Source of the DNA: Mobula hypostoma | Taxonomy: Eukaryota | DNA length: 64,000 nucleotides | Direction: 5' to 3' | NCBI RefSeq assembly: GCF_963921235.1 | Contig: NC_086102.1 | Span: 141,732,001-141,796,000, forward strand | In this document: piece by piece, positions 23,941 through 35,514 of the stretch | How positions within the stretch are numbered: the first letter of the stretch is position 1 | How the letters are laid out: the number at the start of each line of letters is the position of its first letter | Position numbers and translations under genes: made by a program | Notes under the pieces: generated by a model | The model's database searches: none | What the model was told of the DNA's origin: nothing | What the model saw: the letters and a program-made list of their open reading frames with translations, nothing else

Positions 23941-26900
23941 ATAGAAACATAGAAACATAGAAAATAGGTGCAGGAGTAGGCCATTCGGCCCTTCGAGCCT
24001 GCACCACCATTTATTATGATCATGGCTGATCCTCCAACTCAGAACCCCGCCCCAGCCTTCCCTCCATACCCCCTGATCCCCGTAGCCACAAGGGCCATAT
24101 CTAACTCCCTCTTAAATATAACCAATGAACTGGCCTCAACTGTTTCCTGTGGCAAAGAATTCCACAGATTCATCACTCTCTGTGTGAAGAAGTTTTTCCT
24201 AATCTCGGTCCTAAAAGGCTTCCCCTCTATCCTCAAACTGTGGCCCCTCGTTCTGGACTTCCCCAACATCGGGAACAATCTTCCTGCATCTAGCCTGTCC
24301 AATCCCTTTAGGATCTTATACGTTTCAATCAGATCCCCCCTCAATCTTCTAAATTCCAACGAGTACAAGCCCAGTTCATCCAGTCTTTCTTCATATGAAA
24401 GTCCTGCCATCCCAGGAATCAATCTGGTGAACCTTCTTTGTACTCCCTCTATGGCAAGGATGTCTTTCCTCAGATTAGGGGACCAAAACTGCACACAATA
24501 TTCCAGGTGTGGTCTCACCAAGGCCTTGTACAACTGCAGTAGTACCTCCCTGCTCCTGTACTCGAATCCTCTCGCTATAAATGCCAGCATACCATTCGCC
24601 TTTTTCACCGCCTGCTGTACCTGCATGGCCACTTTCAATGACTGGTGTATAATGACACCCAGGTCTCGTTGAACCTCCCCTTTTCCTAATCGGCCACCAT
24701 TCAGATAATAATCTGTTTTCCTATTTTTGCCACCAAAGTGGATAACTTCACATTTATCCACATTAAATTGCATCTGCCATGAATTTGCCCACTCACCCAA
24801 CTAATCCAAGTCACCTTGCATCCTCTTAGCATCCTCCTCACAGCTAACACTGCCACCCAGCTTCGTGTCATCCGCAAACTTGGAGATGCTGCATTTAATT
24901 CCCTCATCCAAGTCATTAATATATATTGTAAACAACTGGGGTCCCAGCACTGAGCCTTGCAGTACCCCACTAGTCACCGCCTGCCATTCTGAAAAGGTCC
25001 CGTTTATTCCCACTCTTTGCTTCCTGTCTGCTAACCAATTCTCCACCCACACCAATACCTTACCCCCAATACCGTGTGCTTTAAGTTTGCACACTAATCT
25101 CCTGTGTGGGACCTTGTCAAAAGCATTTTGAAAATCCAAATATACCACATCCACTGGTTCTCCCCTATCCACTCTACTAGTTACATCCTCAAAAAATTCT
25201 ATGAGATTCGTCAGACATGATTTTCCTTTCACAAATCCATGCTGACTTTGTCCGATGATTTCACCGCTTTCCAAATGTGCTGTTATCACATCCTTGATAA
25301 CTGACTCCAGCAGTTTCCCTACCACCGACATTAGGCTAACCGGTCTATAATTCCCTGGTTTCTCTCTCCCTCCTTTTTGAAAAAGTGGAGTTACATTAGC
25401 CACCCTCCAATCCTCAGGAACTAGTCCAGAATCTAATGAGTTTTGAAAAATTATCACTAATGCATCCACTATTTCTTGGGCTACTTCCTTAAGCACTCTA
25501 GGATGCCGACCATCTGGCCCTGGGGATTTATCTGCCTTCAATCCCTTCAATTTACCTAACACCACTTCCCTACTAACATGTATTTCGCTCACTTCCTCCA
25601 TCTCACTGGACCCTCTGTCCCCTACTATTTCTGGAAGATTATTTATGTCCTCCTTAGTGAAGACAGAACCAAAGTAATTATTCAATTGGTCTGCCATGTC
25701 CTTGCTCCCCATAATCAATTTATCTGTTTCTGTCTGCAGGGGACCTACATTTGTCTTTACCAGCCTTTTCCTCTTTACATATCTATAAAAGCTTTTACAG
25801 TCCGTTTTTATGTTCCCTGCCAGTTTTCTCTCATAATCTTTTTTCCCCTTCCTAATTAAGCCCTTTGTCCTCCTCTGCTGAACTCTGAATTTCTCCCAGT
25901 CCTCAGGTGAGCCACTTTCTCTGGCTAATTTGTATGCTTCTTCTTTGGAATTGATACTATCCCTAATTTCTCTTGTCAGCCACGGGTGCACTACCTTCCT
26001 TGATTTATTCTTTTGCCAAACTGAGATGAACAATTGTTGTAGTTCATCCATGCAACCTTTAAATGCTTGCCATTGCATATCCACCGTCAATCCTTTAAGT
26101 GTCATTTGCCAGTCTATCTTAGCTAATTCACGTCTCATACCTTCAAAGTTACCCCTCTTTAAGTTCAGAACCTTTGTTTCTGAATTAACTATGTCACTCT
26201 CCATCTTAATGAAGAATTCCACCATATTATGGTCACTCTTACCCAAGGGGCCTCTCACGACAAGATCGCTAATTAACCCTTCCTCATTGCTCAAAACCCA
26301 GTCCAGAATAGCCTGCTCTCTAGTTGGTTCCTCGACATGTTGGTTCAAAAAACCATCCCGCATACATTCCAAGAAATCCTCTTCCTCAGCACCTTTACCA
26401 ATTTGGTTCACCCAATCTACATGTAGATTGAAGTCACCCATTATAACTGCTGTTCCTTTATTGCACACATTTCTAATTTCCTGCTTAATACCATCTCTGA
26501 CCTCACTACTACTGTTAGGTGGCCTGTACACAACTCCCACCAGCGTCTTCTGCCCCTTAGTGTTACACAGCTCTACCCATATCGATTCCACATCTTCCCG
26601 GCTTATGTCCTTCCTTTCTATTGCATTAATCTCTTCTTTAACCAGCAACGCCACCCCACCTCCCCTTCCTTCATGTCTATCCCTCCTGAATATTGAATAT
26701 CCCTGAACGTTGAGCTCCCATCCCTGGTCACCCTGGAGCCATGTCTCTGTGATCCCAACTATATCATAATCATTAATAACAACCTGCACTTTCAATTCAT
26801 CCACCTTATTACGAATGCTCCTTGCATTGACACACAAAGCCTTCAGGCGCTCTTTTACAACTCTCTTAGCCCTTATACAATTATGTTGAAAAGTGGCCCT

Positions 26901-27090
26901 TTTTAATGCTTGCCCTGGATTTGTCGGCCTGCCACTTTTACTTTTCTCCTTAGAACTTTTTGCTTCTACCCTCACTTTACACCCCTCTGTCTCTCTGCAC
27001 TGGTTCCCATCCCTCTGTTGTGAACTAACCGCCTCACGCCTAGCCTCTTTAATTTGATTCCCACCCCCCAACCATTCTGGTTTAAAGTCA
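23941..27090 (-). mobile_element. Young CR1 LINE with essentially complete ORF2 (APE endonuclease + RT), one premature stop
   Basis: ORF 24801-27071 contains [21 protein letters not shown] (APE) and the RT. An in-frame TAG at 24801-24803 is followed by the same frame in 24039-24800. Tail reads atagaaacatagaaac on +. The 5' boundary is approximate. Confidence 0.95.
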
Positions 27091-28329
27091 CTTCATTCTA
27101 GTATAAATGCTCTAGCTACACACAAAATTTGTACATCAGCTAATTGCAAAAACAAATTTATTCTATGAAAACAACAGAATAAAATTGTGTCAATAGGATG
27201 AAATTGGATTCATTTAGAAGAAATATATACTGGAATTTTGTTGCAGTTCCTCAGAAACACAACTTCTCACTGAACATGGCAGCCTTTGATCACTTATCTT
27301 TGAATTTTTCTGATGTTAATTTGGATCCTCAGCTAAACTGTAATCTGAAAGTAAAATTACTTTGTTCGCTAAGAATTTTCCAGCACGAGAAGGAAACAAA
27401 CAGGTGCTATGGTTTGTAGGTTGGTGAAGTGGACAATATTATTCAGAGCTAATGAATCCAATCCTCAAAAAATAAAAAAAATCAACTTATTTCAGACAGG
27501 GAATTTGCATTGTTTCAAAATATATTTAAGTTGACTTCATCAAAGCAATCCTTGCCTTAGATTCTGAGTGCTTTTAAAGCAAAAAATGTCCTCTACCACC
27601 ATGTGATTATGAACTTAAGCCATTACTTATTATGCAAATATTGAATTGATGGTTCAGTATTTTTATATTTTAGAGCAATTTTTATGATTAAAGTATATTT
27701 TAACTTAAAAAGTCAGAGTCCCCACTCATGCTGTGGCAGTGGATCTTACAGAGATCCAGATGGAGAGTTCACATCAAAGCCAGGAGTCCATTATACCACT
27801 GTTTAGCCCTGTAATTCTGATGGGCAATGGGCTTTTAGATATAATTGCAGTCAGATTTAATCATCATGCAAGCCAGTAAAAATGATTATTTTTACTGTTG
27901 ATATTCCGTGCACAATAAAGGAATATGTGATGTGGCTTCAATGCTCTGAAGCTGAACTGCTTGTGTTTGTTTTGTTTTCAGTCTAGGTGAGTGCTGGTAA
28001 TGACTGAACCCAGGTGCAGAGAAATGACAGGGTCACGTGTAGAGACGCAAACCAGAGTTTACACATAGGAATTTCAACAGAACATCAGTGACTTGACTGA
28101 GTGATACCGTGAGACACATCATTCTTAGAACAAAGACCCAATGATAAGCACTGATTGGAAGTCCACTTTAAATAATCACAGTACATTTAAAACCTGTGCC
28201 AGTCAAAATAAACTAGACAAGATTAAACAGAGAGCACAGAGGCTTAATGACTCTAAGTAAGACAACAATTAGCAAATGGAGATACTCTAGAAACCACAAA
28301 GCCTGTCACTCTACATCTGACTGCACAGG

Positions 28330-29165
28330 TTGGCAGGACTCCATATCTCAGGGTTTGTTTGAAAAAGAGTCTGCTGAAGAGGACAGCTTTTCATTTTTAC
28401 CGGCAGCATTGTCACAGTGCTGGCACATTTGCCTGTCAGTCAGAGGGAGAAGGTTGAAGCCCCTCCTTGTGTGGGGAGTTCATGAACTGTGGCTGATCCA
28501 CAGCAGAGTATACACTGCGAGGTAAGGTACACTGTATGAGGTGCTGTTCATCTGGTGGAGGCAAAACATCCCAGAAACATCTCTCAGAGCAATGAAGCTC
28601 TCCTGGTGATCCGTTTGTTTGCTTGCCGTTCCCTTCCACACCGTGGGGCGCATCAGCAGGCATCCTTGCTGTTTTTTTTCCGCAATTGTGTCTGATTTTT
28701 ATGACACCAGGTTGTTAGATTGATGTTCAACCCAGCACGGATGGAACGAATGCAAGAGGCTGGCTGGATCCGAACTTGGGACCACTTGCCTGGAAGTTCA
28801 TTGTGGATGTCACTGTACCACTGGCCGGCCTCCTGGTGCTCTAAAAGGTGTTTTTTGAGTGACATCAAAGCAAACAGTTTGCCTGATGTTTGTTGGAACA
28901 GACCTTGGTTTCCATATTGCCCCTGTTTCAACTGTCAATACGCTTCAGCGGTCTCCTTTCTGCATAAGGAAGTCTTGGACAGCAAGAGGTTCTGAATTTG
29001 TGTAAGAAGTGTAGAAACTTCCTTGGACTTAACAATGACTTTCATAGGTGGATGCCTTGATGCCTTTTGGGGCATCAATGATGGTCACATTGAGGTTGTG
29101 AAAGATTTTTTTTCTGACTATCTTCCTTATTACATCAGTCTCCTTTGTTAATGATTCTTCTTGTC
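28330..29165 (-). mobile_element. Highly decayed L1/Tx1-like ORF2 remnant (paralogues ~1490-1980, ~13070-13250)
   Basis: Manual - strand translation gives SFYTSYTNSEPLAVQDFL...KTP...PGEL...FWDVL, resembling the pre-RT region of Tx1-type elements. Similarity is weak. Confidence 0.35.
28615..28830 (-). mobile_element. tRNA-derived SINE
   Basis: The - strand begins ggccggccagtggtacagtg (A-box-like), then agttcggatcc (B-box-like) and an A-rich stretch. Absent from the paralogous block near 1590. Confidence 0.5.
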
Positions 29166-29171
29166 CTTGAT

Positions 29172-31456
29172 AAATGAGGTAGGGGTGTGGAATTGCTAAT
29201 TAGGAATAGTGTCACAGCTGCAGAAAAGGAGGAAGTCATGGAGGGATGTTCTACTGAGTCAGTATGGGTGGAAGTCAGAAACAGGAAAGGGGCAATAACT
29301 CTACAGGGTGTTTTTATAAACCCCCCAATAGTAACAAAGACATTGAGGAGCAGATAGGGAGGCAGATTCTGGAAAGGTGCAATAGTAATAGGGTTGTTGT
29401 GATGGGAGATTTTAACTTTCCTAATATTGATTGGCATCTCCTTAGTGCTAGGGATTTAGATGGGGTGGAGTTTGTTAGGTGTGGTCAGGAAGGTTTCCTG
29501 ACACAATATGTAGGTAAGCCAATTGGAGGAGAGGCTGTTCTTGATCTGGTATTGGGAAATAAACCTGGTCAGGTGTCAGATCTCTTGGTAGGAAAGCATT
29601 TTGGAGGTAGTGATCACAACTGTCTCCTTCACCATAGCTCTGGAGAGGGATAGGAACAGACAATTTGAGAAAACATTTAATTGGGCTAGGGGGAAATATG
29701 ATGCTATTAGGTAGGAACTTAGGAGCAGATGTTCTCAGAGAAATGCATGGCAGAAATGTGGCAAATATTCAGAGTACATTTGCATGGAATTCTGCATGGG
29801 CATGTTCCATTGAGGCAGGGAAAGGATGGTAGAGTTAAAGTATGCAGAAAATCTAGTTAAGAAGAAAAGAAAAGCTTACGAAAGGTTCAAGAAACTAGGT
29901 ATTTTTAGAGCTCTAGAAAATTACAGGGTTGCTAGAAAGGAGGAGAATAGAATTAGGAGAAGGCCCTGTTGGGCAGGATTAAGGAAAACCCCAAGACATT
30001 CTACAAGTATGTGAAGAGCAAGAGGATGAGCCGTGTGAGAACAGGACCAATCAGGTGCGATAGTGGAAACGTGTGCATGGAGTCGGAGAAGGTAGCGAAG
30101 GTAGTTAAGGAATACCTTGCTTCAGTGTTCACCAGGGAAAAAGACCTTGGTAATAGTGGGGATGACTTACAGTGGACTGAAAAGCTTGAGCATATAGATA
30201 TTATCAAAGAGGATGTGTTAGAGCTTTTGAAAAGCATTAAGTTAGATAAGTCACCGGGACCAGATGAGATATAACCCAGGCTTCTGTGGGAAGCGAGGGA
30301 GGAGATTGCTGAGCCTCTTGCAATGATCTTTGTGTCATCAATAGGATGGGAGACTTTGCTTTGTGGATCCAGAATTGGCTTGCCCACAGCAGGCAAAGGG
30401 TGGTTATAGACAGTTCACATTCTGCATGGAGGACAGTGACCAGTGGTGTTCCACAGGGATCTAATCTGGGACCCCTCCATTTGTGAGTTTTATAAATGAC
30501 CTGGATGAAGAAGTAAAAGGGTGGGTTAGTAAGTTCGCTGATGACACAAGGTGGTGGGGGGGGGGTTGTGGATAGTGTGGAGGGTTGTTAGAGGTTACGG
30601 CGGAACATTGATAGGATGCAGAATTAGGCTGAGAAGTGGCAAATGAACTTCAACCCAGATAAGCGTGAAGTGGTTCATTTTGGTTGGTCAAATTTGAAGA
30701 CAGAATATAGTATAAATAGTAAGATTCTTAGCAGTGTGGAGGACCTGAGAGATCTTGGCGTCTGTGTCGATAGGACACTCAAAGCTGCTGTGCAGGTTGA
30801 CAGTGTTGTTAAGAAGGTGTACGAAGTGTTGGCCTTCATCAACAGTGGGATTGAGTTCAAGAGCCATGAGGTAATGTTACAGCTATATTGGACCCAGGTC
30901 AGACCCCACTTGCAGTAGTACATTCAGTTCTGGTCACCTCACTACAGGAAGGATGTGGATGCTATAGGGAGAGTGCAGAGGAGATTTACTATGATGTTGC
31001 CTGGATTGGAGAGCATGCCTGATGAGAATAGGTTGAGTGTACTTGGCGTTTTCTCCTTGGCGTGACGGAGGATGAGAAGTGACCTGATAGAGGTGTATAA
31101 GATGATGAGGGGCATTGATCATGTGGAAAGCCAGAGGCTTTTTCCCAGGGCTGAAGTGGCTAACACAAGGGGGCACAGTTTTAAGGTGCTTGGAAATAGG
31201 TACTGAGGGAATGTCAGGGGTAAGTTTTTCATACAGGGAGTGGTGGTGTGTGGAATGCACTGCCGGCAGCGGTGGTGGAAGTGGATACAACAGGGTGTTT
31301 TAAGATGCTACTTAGATAGGTATATGGAGCTTAGAAAAATAGAGAGCTATGCACTAGGGAAGTTCCAGGCAGTTTCTAGAGTAGGTTACATGGTCGGCAC
31401 AACATTGTGGGCCAAAGGGTCTGTAATCTGTTGTAAATTTCTATGTTCTATGTTCT
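29172..31456 (+). mobile_element. Older degraded CR1 LINE
   Basis: Fragmented ORFs with YKPPN, MGDFNFPNIDW, KSPGPD, GVPQGS, FADD, plus stops and deletions. Tail ttctatgttctatgttct. It interrupts a block that is contiguous at 1915-1950 and 13180-13215. Confidence 0.9.
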
Positions 31457-32555
31457 TGCTCTTCCTCCTTCACAAGGATTAATTTAACAATTTCCATAGC
31501 TGATGCCATAATGTGGTCCTGTGGTTAAAGGGTCCAGAGGCACAGCGGGACGGTAGAGTGCTGTGGCAGCTACTATTGCTGCAAGCCTGATCTCAGGGGT
31601 GGAGTTCGTGCATTCAGCCAGTGACTGTGTGGATTTTCTGAATCCTCTAGTTTATTGGGCATAAAGCTATAAGACACCAGAAAAGAGAAAATAGGAGATA
31701 AAACAAGATCTTGAGAATTTGAGAGTTCCTGTCATTGAAGGGGTATTGCTGATTTATTTGTCAGACATTGATGGAAGCATCAAAACACATGGTGAAATGA
31801 ATCACTTGCGACAACGAGCAACAGAGTCCGAGGATGTGCTGGGGTCTGCCCATGTGTCGACACGAGTCCAGTGCACAGCTGTCCACAACTTACTCACCTG
31901 CACGTCTTCAGAATACGTGAGGTCAGGGGAGAAACATAAACTACTTAAAGACAACATGGGAATTGAACCCTGTACAGCATTATGGTAACTGCTATGCTAT
32001 CAAGCCACCTTGGTATCTGCAGCTGGATGTTGAAGGAAACCTTGTTGAAGCATTTCCACAACAAATGCCATTTCCTGGGCCCTACAGCGAGCTGGGTTCA
32101 ATAGTCCGCATGTTGCACCTTCTCTCTGCTCTCTCATGGCATTTTTCTGGGTGCCTCATTTCCTCCCACATCATAAAACGCACAGATGGGTGTGTAAATT
32201 GGCCACAGTAAGTTCTCCCTGGTATGTAAGTTAGTAATAAAGTCCAGGAGGAGTCGATGAGAATGTGGGGAGAATAAAAATATTGGGATTAACTTAGTGT
32301 ACATGGGTGGTTGATGGTTTGCCTGGACTTGTGTTGGCCAAAAATTCTGTTCTGTGACTGTGACACTACGACGTATCTGCGTATTGTGACTTTTTTTATA
32401 ACTCTAGAATGATCCCTAGCAGAGAATGAAAAAGGCTGATTTACTGCATTGTAGAATTAAATTGTCTGCTGCAAAACAAAAACAATCAATGGATCACTGA
32501 CACGTCTCATATCCTCAGGTCCTTTTTCAGCATTCACAGGACATATGTTGTTTTC

Positions 32556-32627
32556 TGCTGACCTCAGGTTTGCATCATTTACATTACAAAGGCCTTGCTG
32601 GAAAAGCCTTTCTGTCCAGTATATAAA
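32556..32627 (+). promoter_or_regulatory. Gene 3 promoter: MARE-like site and TATA box
   Basis: TGCTGACCTCAGG 32556-32568; TATATAAA 32620-32627. Confidence 0.7.
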
Positions 32628-32677
32628 TACCCAGTTACAGTTACATGTAGTCAGTTGGTTATTGACGGTACACCACA

Positions 32678-35514
32678 ATGGGAAAGGTAAGACCACTTTT
32701 CATTTTGTGAACTATATTGTAACCTTCATGTGTCCCTAGTCTGATTTAAGCTATTTATTTCTTCCCACAGATCACCTTCTATGAGGACAGGAACTTCCAG
32801 GGTCGGCACTATGAGTGCAGCTCCGACTGTGCCGACCTCTCCCCTTACTTCAGCCGCTGTAACTCCATCCGTGTTGACAGTGACTGGTGGGTGTTGTACG
32901 AGAGACCCAACTACATGGGATACCAGTATGTCCTGAGCAGGGGAGAGTATCCTGACTACCAGCGCTGGATGGGATTCAGTGACTGTGTCAAGTCCTGTCG
33001 CAGTTACCCACCTGTAAGTTGCTGTTGGTGACTGAGGTATTTCAAGCCACTTGACACACTGCTAGAAAATGGCTGACATTTGCAATAATTACACTTGTGC
33101 ACAAGCTCGTTCTCTGAAATGTTATACTGATGTGAATGCTAGAGTTAGCTGCTGGCATTTGAAGTCAAGTTTGGAGTCAGTAGATACTTGTTAAAGGAGT
33201 CAAGAGAAATGACGGTGGTACAGGAAAGTAGTGAATCTGGTGTGAAGGATGAATGTCTGATTGCTTTTGACAGACGGAGCTGTATCGGTGATTGTGAGGG
33301 CACTGGGTAAAGAATCGGAATCAGAATCAGGTTTATTATCACTTGGGTATGCATCACTGGCTTTTTATGCTGAAACTACATTAATGTCTACGCATAAGAT
33401 GCCGGAGGAACTCAGCCTGTCAAGTAGCATTTGTCAGGCCTGATAAACAGTCTCAAACTGAAATATTGTCTCCACAGATACTGCCTGACCCCTTGAATTC
33501 CTCCAGCATTTTGGAGCACATGTGTGCTCATCCAGATTCCAGAAACTGCCCTTCCTTGTGTCTTCTTTATTGAAGTCTAGTTGGGCTACAGAAAATATTT
33601 CGTCAGTTTGTGGTAGTTTTACGGAACATCATATATATAGTTATAGCATTTGGACATTGATGGCTCAGACCTCTGTAAATTTAAGATCACAAAATGAGAA
33701 AAATGAATTGAAGGGCTATGAGTAAAACATTGGGAAATGGGAGATGGGCATCTTGGTCAGCATGGACCCGTTGATGTGAGGAGATTCTTTCTGTGCTGTG
33801 CTAGTCTATGATTCATTTGATGTATTGTAACCCACAAAGAGCAGGAAACATGGAACATAGAATGTGAAAATATACTGCACAGTACAGGTCCTTCGAACTA
33901 TGATTTTGTGCCAGCCTTTTAACTTGTTCAAATGTCAAACTAACCCTTCCCTCTCACAGAGCCCTCCATTTTTCTTTCAATCATATGCCCATCTAAAAGT
34001 CGCTTAGATATATCAGCCTCTATCACCACACCCGGCGGATTGCTCCACACACTTACAACTCTGTAAAAATCTTAACTTTTGCATCCCACTAGACTTTGCT
34101 CCAGTTTCTTTAAATTTATGTGCCTTCCTGTTAGCCATTTCAGCCTTGAGAAAAATTCTCTGACCATTCACTCCATCTGTTGCTCATAACATCTTATAAG
34201 AGATAAAAGGGATTGGACAGAAAAAAATTGTGACTATTAAAGTTTCAATGGGACAAATGGCCTCTTTTCATGAATTTGTGTGGTGTTCCATTCGTAATAA
34301 AACGTCCACCTTATTCACTGAATCAGACTGCTTCTGGGCTGGATTACAAAAATCTACCTTTTTAATTGCATAATATCAGAGAACCACAGTGGAATGAGGC
34401 TGTTTGGCCCCTTGAATCCACGTTAGCTCAATGCTGAAGCAATCTGCCCTCTCCCATAAATTGCAAATTATTTCAAAATCATCTCGGGCTCTAGCTGATA
34501 CCCAGGTTGAAATAAGAGATGACCGTGTTATTATTTCCAACAATCGCACCCTGTGTAGAGTTATATTTACAGTTCTGACAGAGAGGAAGTGAGGAATGTG
34601 GAATCTGAAAACCCTCAGAACAATTTGTATTCTTTTTTTGTATTAGTAATTCAACCTATTTACAGACACAGACCAACACCTACAGCACGTACAGTTATCA
34701 TATTTACCATGATTCTTCAACACAGGATTTTAATTAATTACATCATGTTATCTCTAGTGGAACTGAATTCTGCAAACTTTGTTCTTTTTGTTAATACTGT
34801 CTTCAGAAACTCAGAACAAGCTCTTCAACAAGGTAGTATACTTTATCGATATACATCTAATTTGGAAACATAATTATGACATTATTGTCATAATACTTTC
34901 TTGTGATTATATTGAGCATGCTTTAATATCCTTTAATATCTTTCATGTGATCAACCAAATTTTTTTTGATATTCATGAAATTAAATGGTTCTTAGCTGCC
35001 TCCTGTAGAAACAATGAACTTCCTCAATCTTAAATCATGATTGTCTAAGTTTTAATTGCCTTCAATGTAGAGATAAATTTTCTCCACATTATTTCATTAA
35101 CGATATTCTTGAAGTATAATTAATTATTGATAATCCAGAGGCTTGGTATAACTACATCTATATATAAAGTCTGTGATAATTATATGCATTTTGACATGAT
35201 TATGCTGCATTAAGGACACATAAAATCCTTTATTCCAGTACCAAGGGGGCACCTACAGGATGAAGATTTACGAGAAGCCTGACTTTGCAGGACAGATGAT
35301 GGAATTCATGGATGACTGTTCCTCAGTCTACGATCGTTTCCATTGCCGTGACATCCACTCCTGTCAGGTGTTGGATGGTTACTGGATCTTCTATGAACAT
35401 CCCAACTACAGAGGCCGACAGTACTTCCTGAGACCAGGGGAATACAGGAGATACATTGACTGGGGTGGCTACAACTCATCCGTTGGTTCCTTTAGACGAA
35501 TGAGGGACATCTAG
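32678..35514 (+). CDS. CRYG: Gamma-crystallin, gene 3 (exons 32678-32686, 32771-33013, 35239-35514; 175 aa)
   Basis: GT-AG introns. Exon 2 [20 protein letters not shown]...SCRSYPP; exon 3 [19 protein letters not shown]...[13 protein letters not shown] at 32620, AATAAA at 35561-35566. Confidence 0.95.

Noticed and set aside
23931-27100. TSD for the long CR1 (ttcgttcta / ttcattcta)
   Set aside because: The match is imperfect and offset for such a young element, and the paralogous empty site is itself rearranged, so it is not called.
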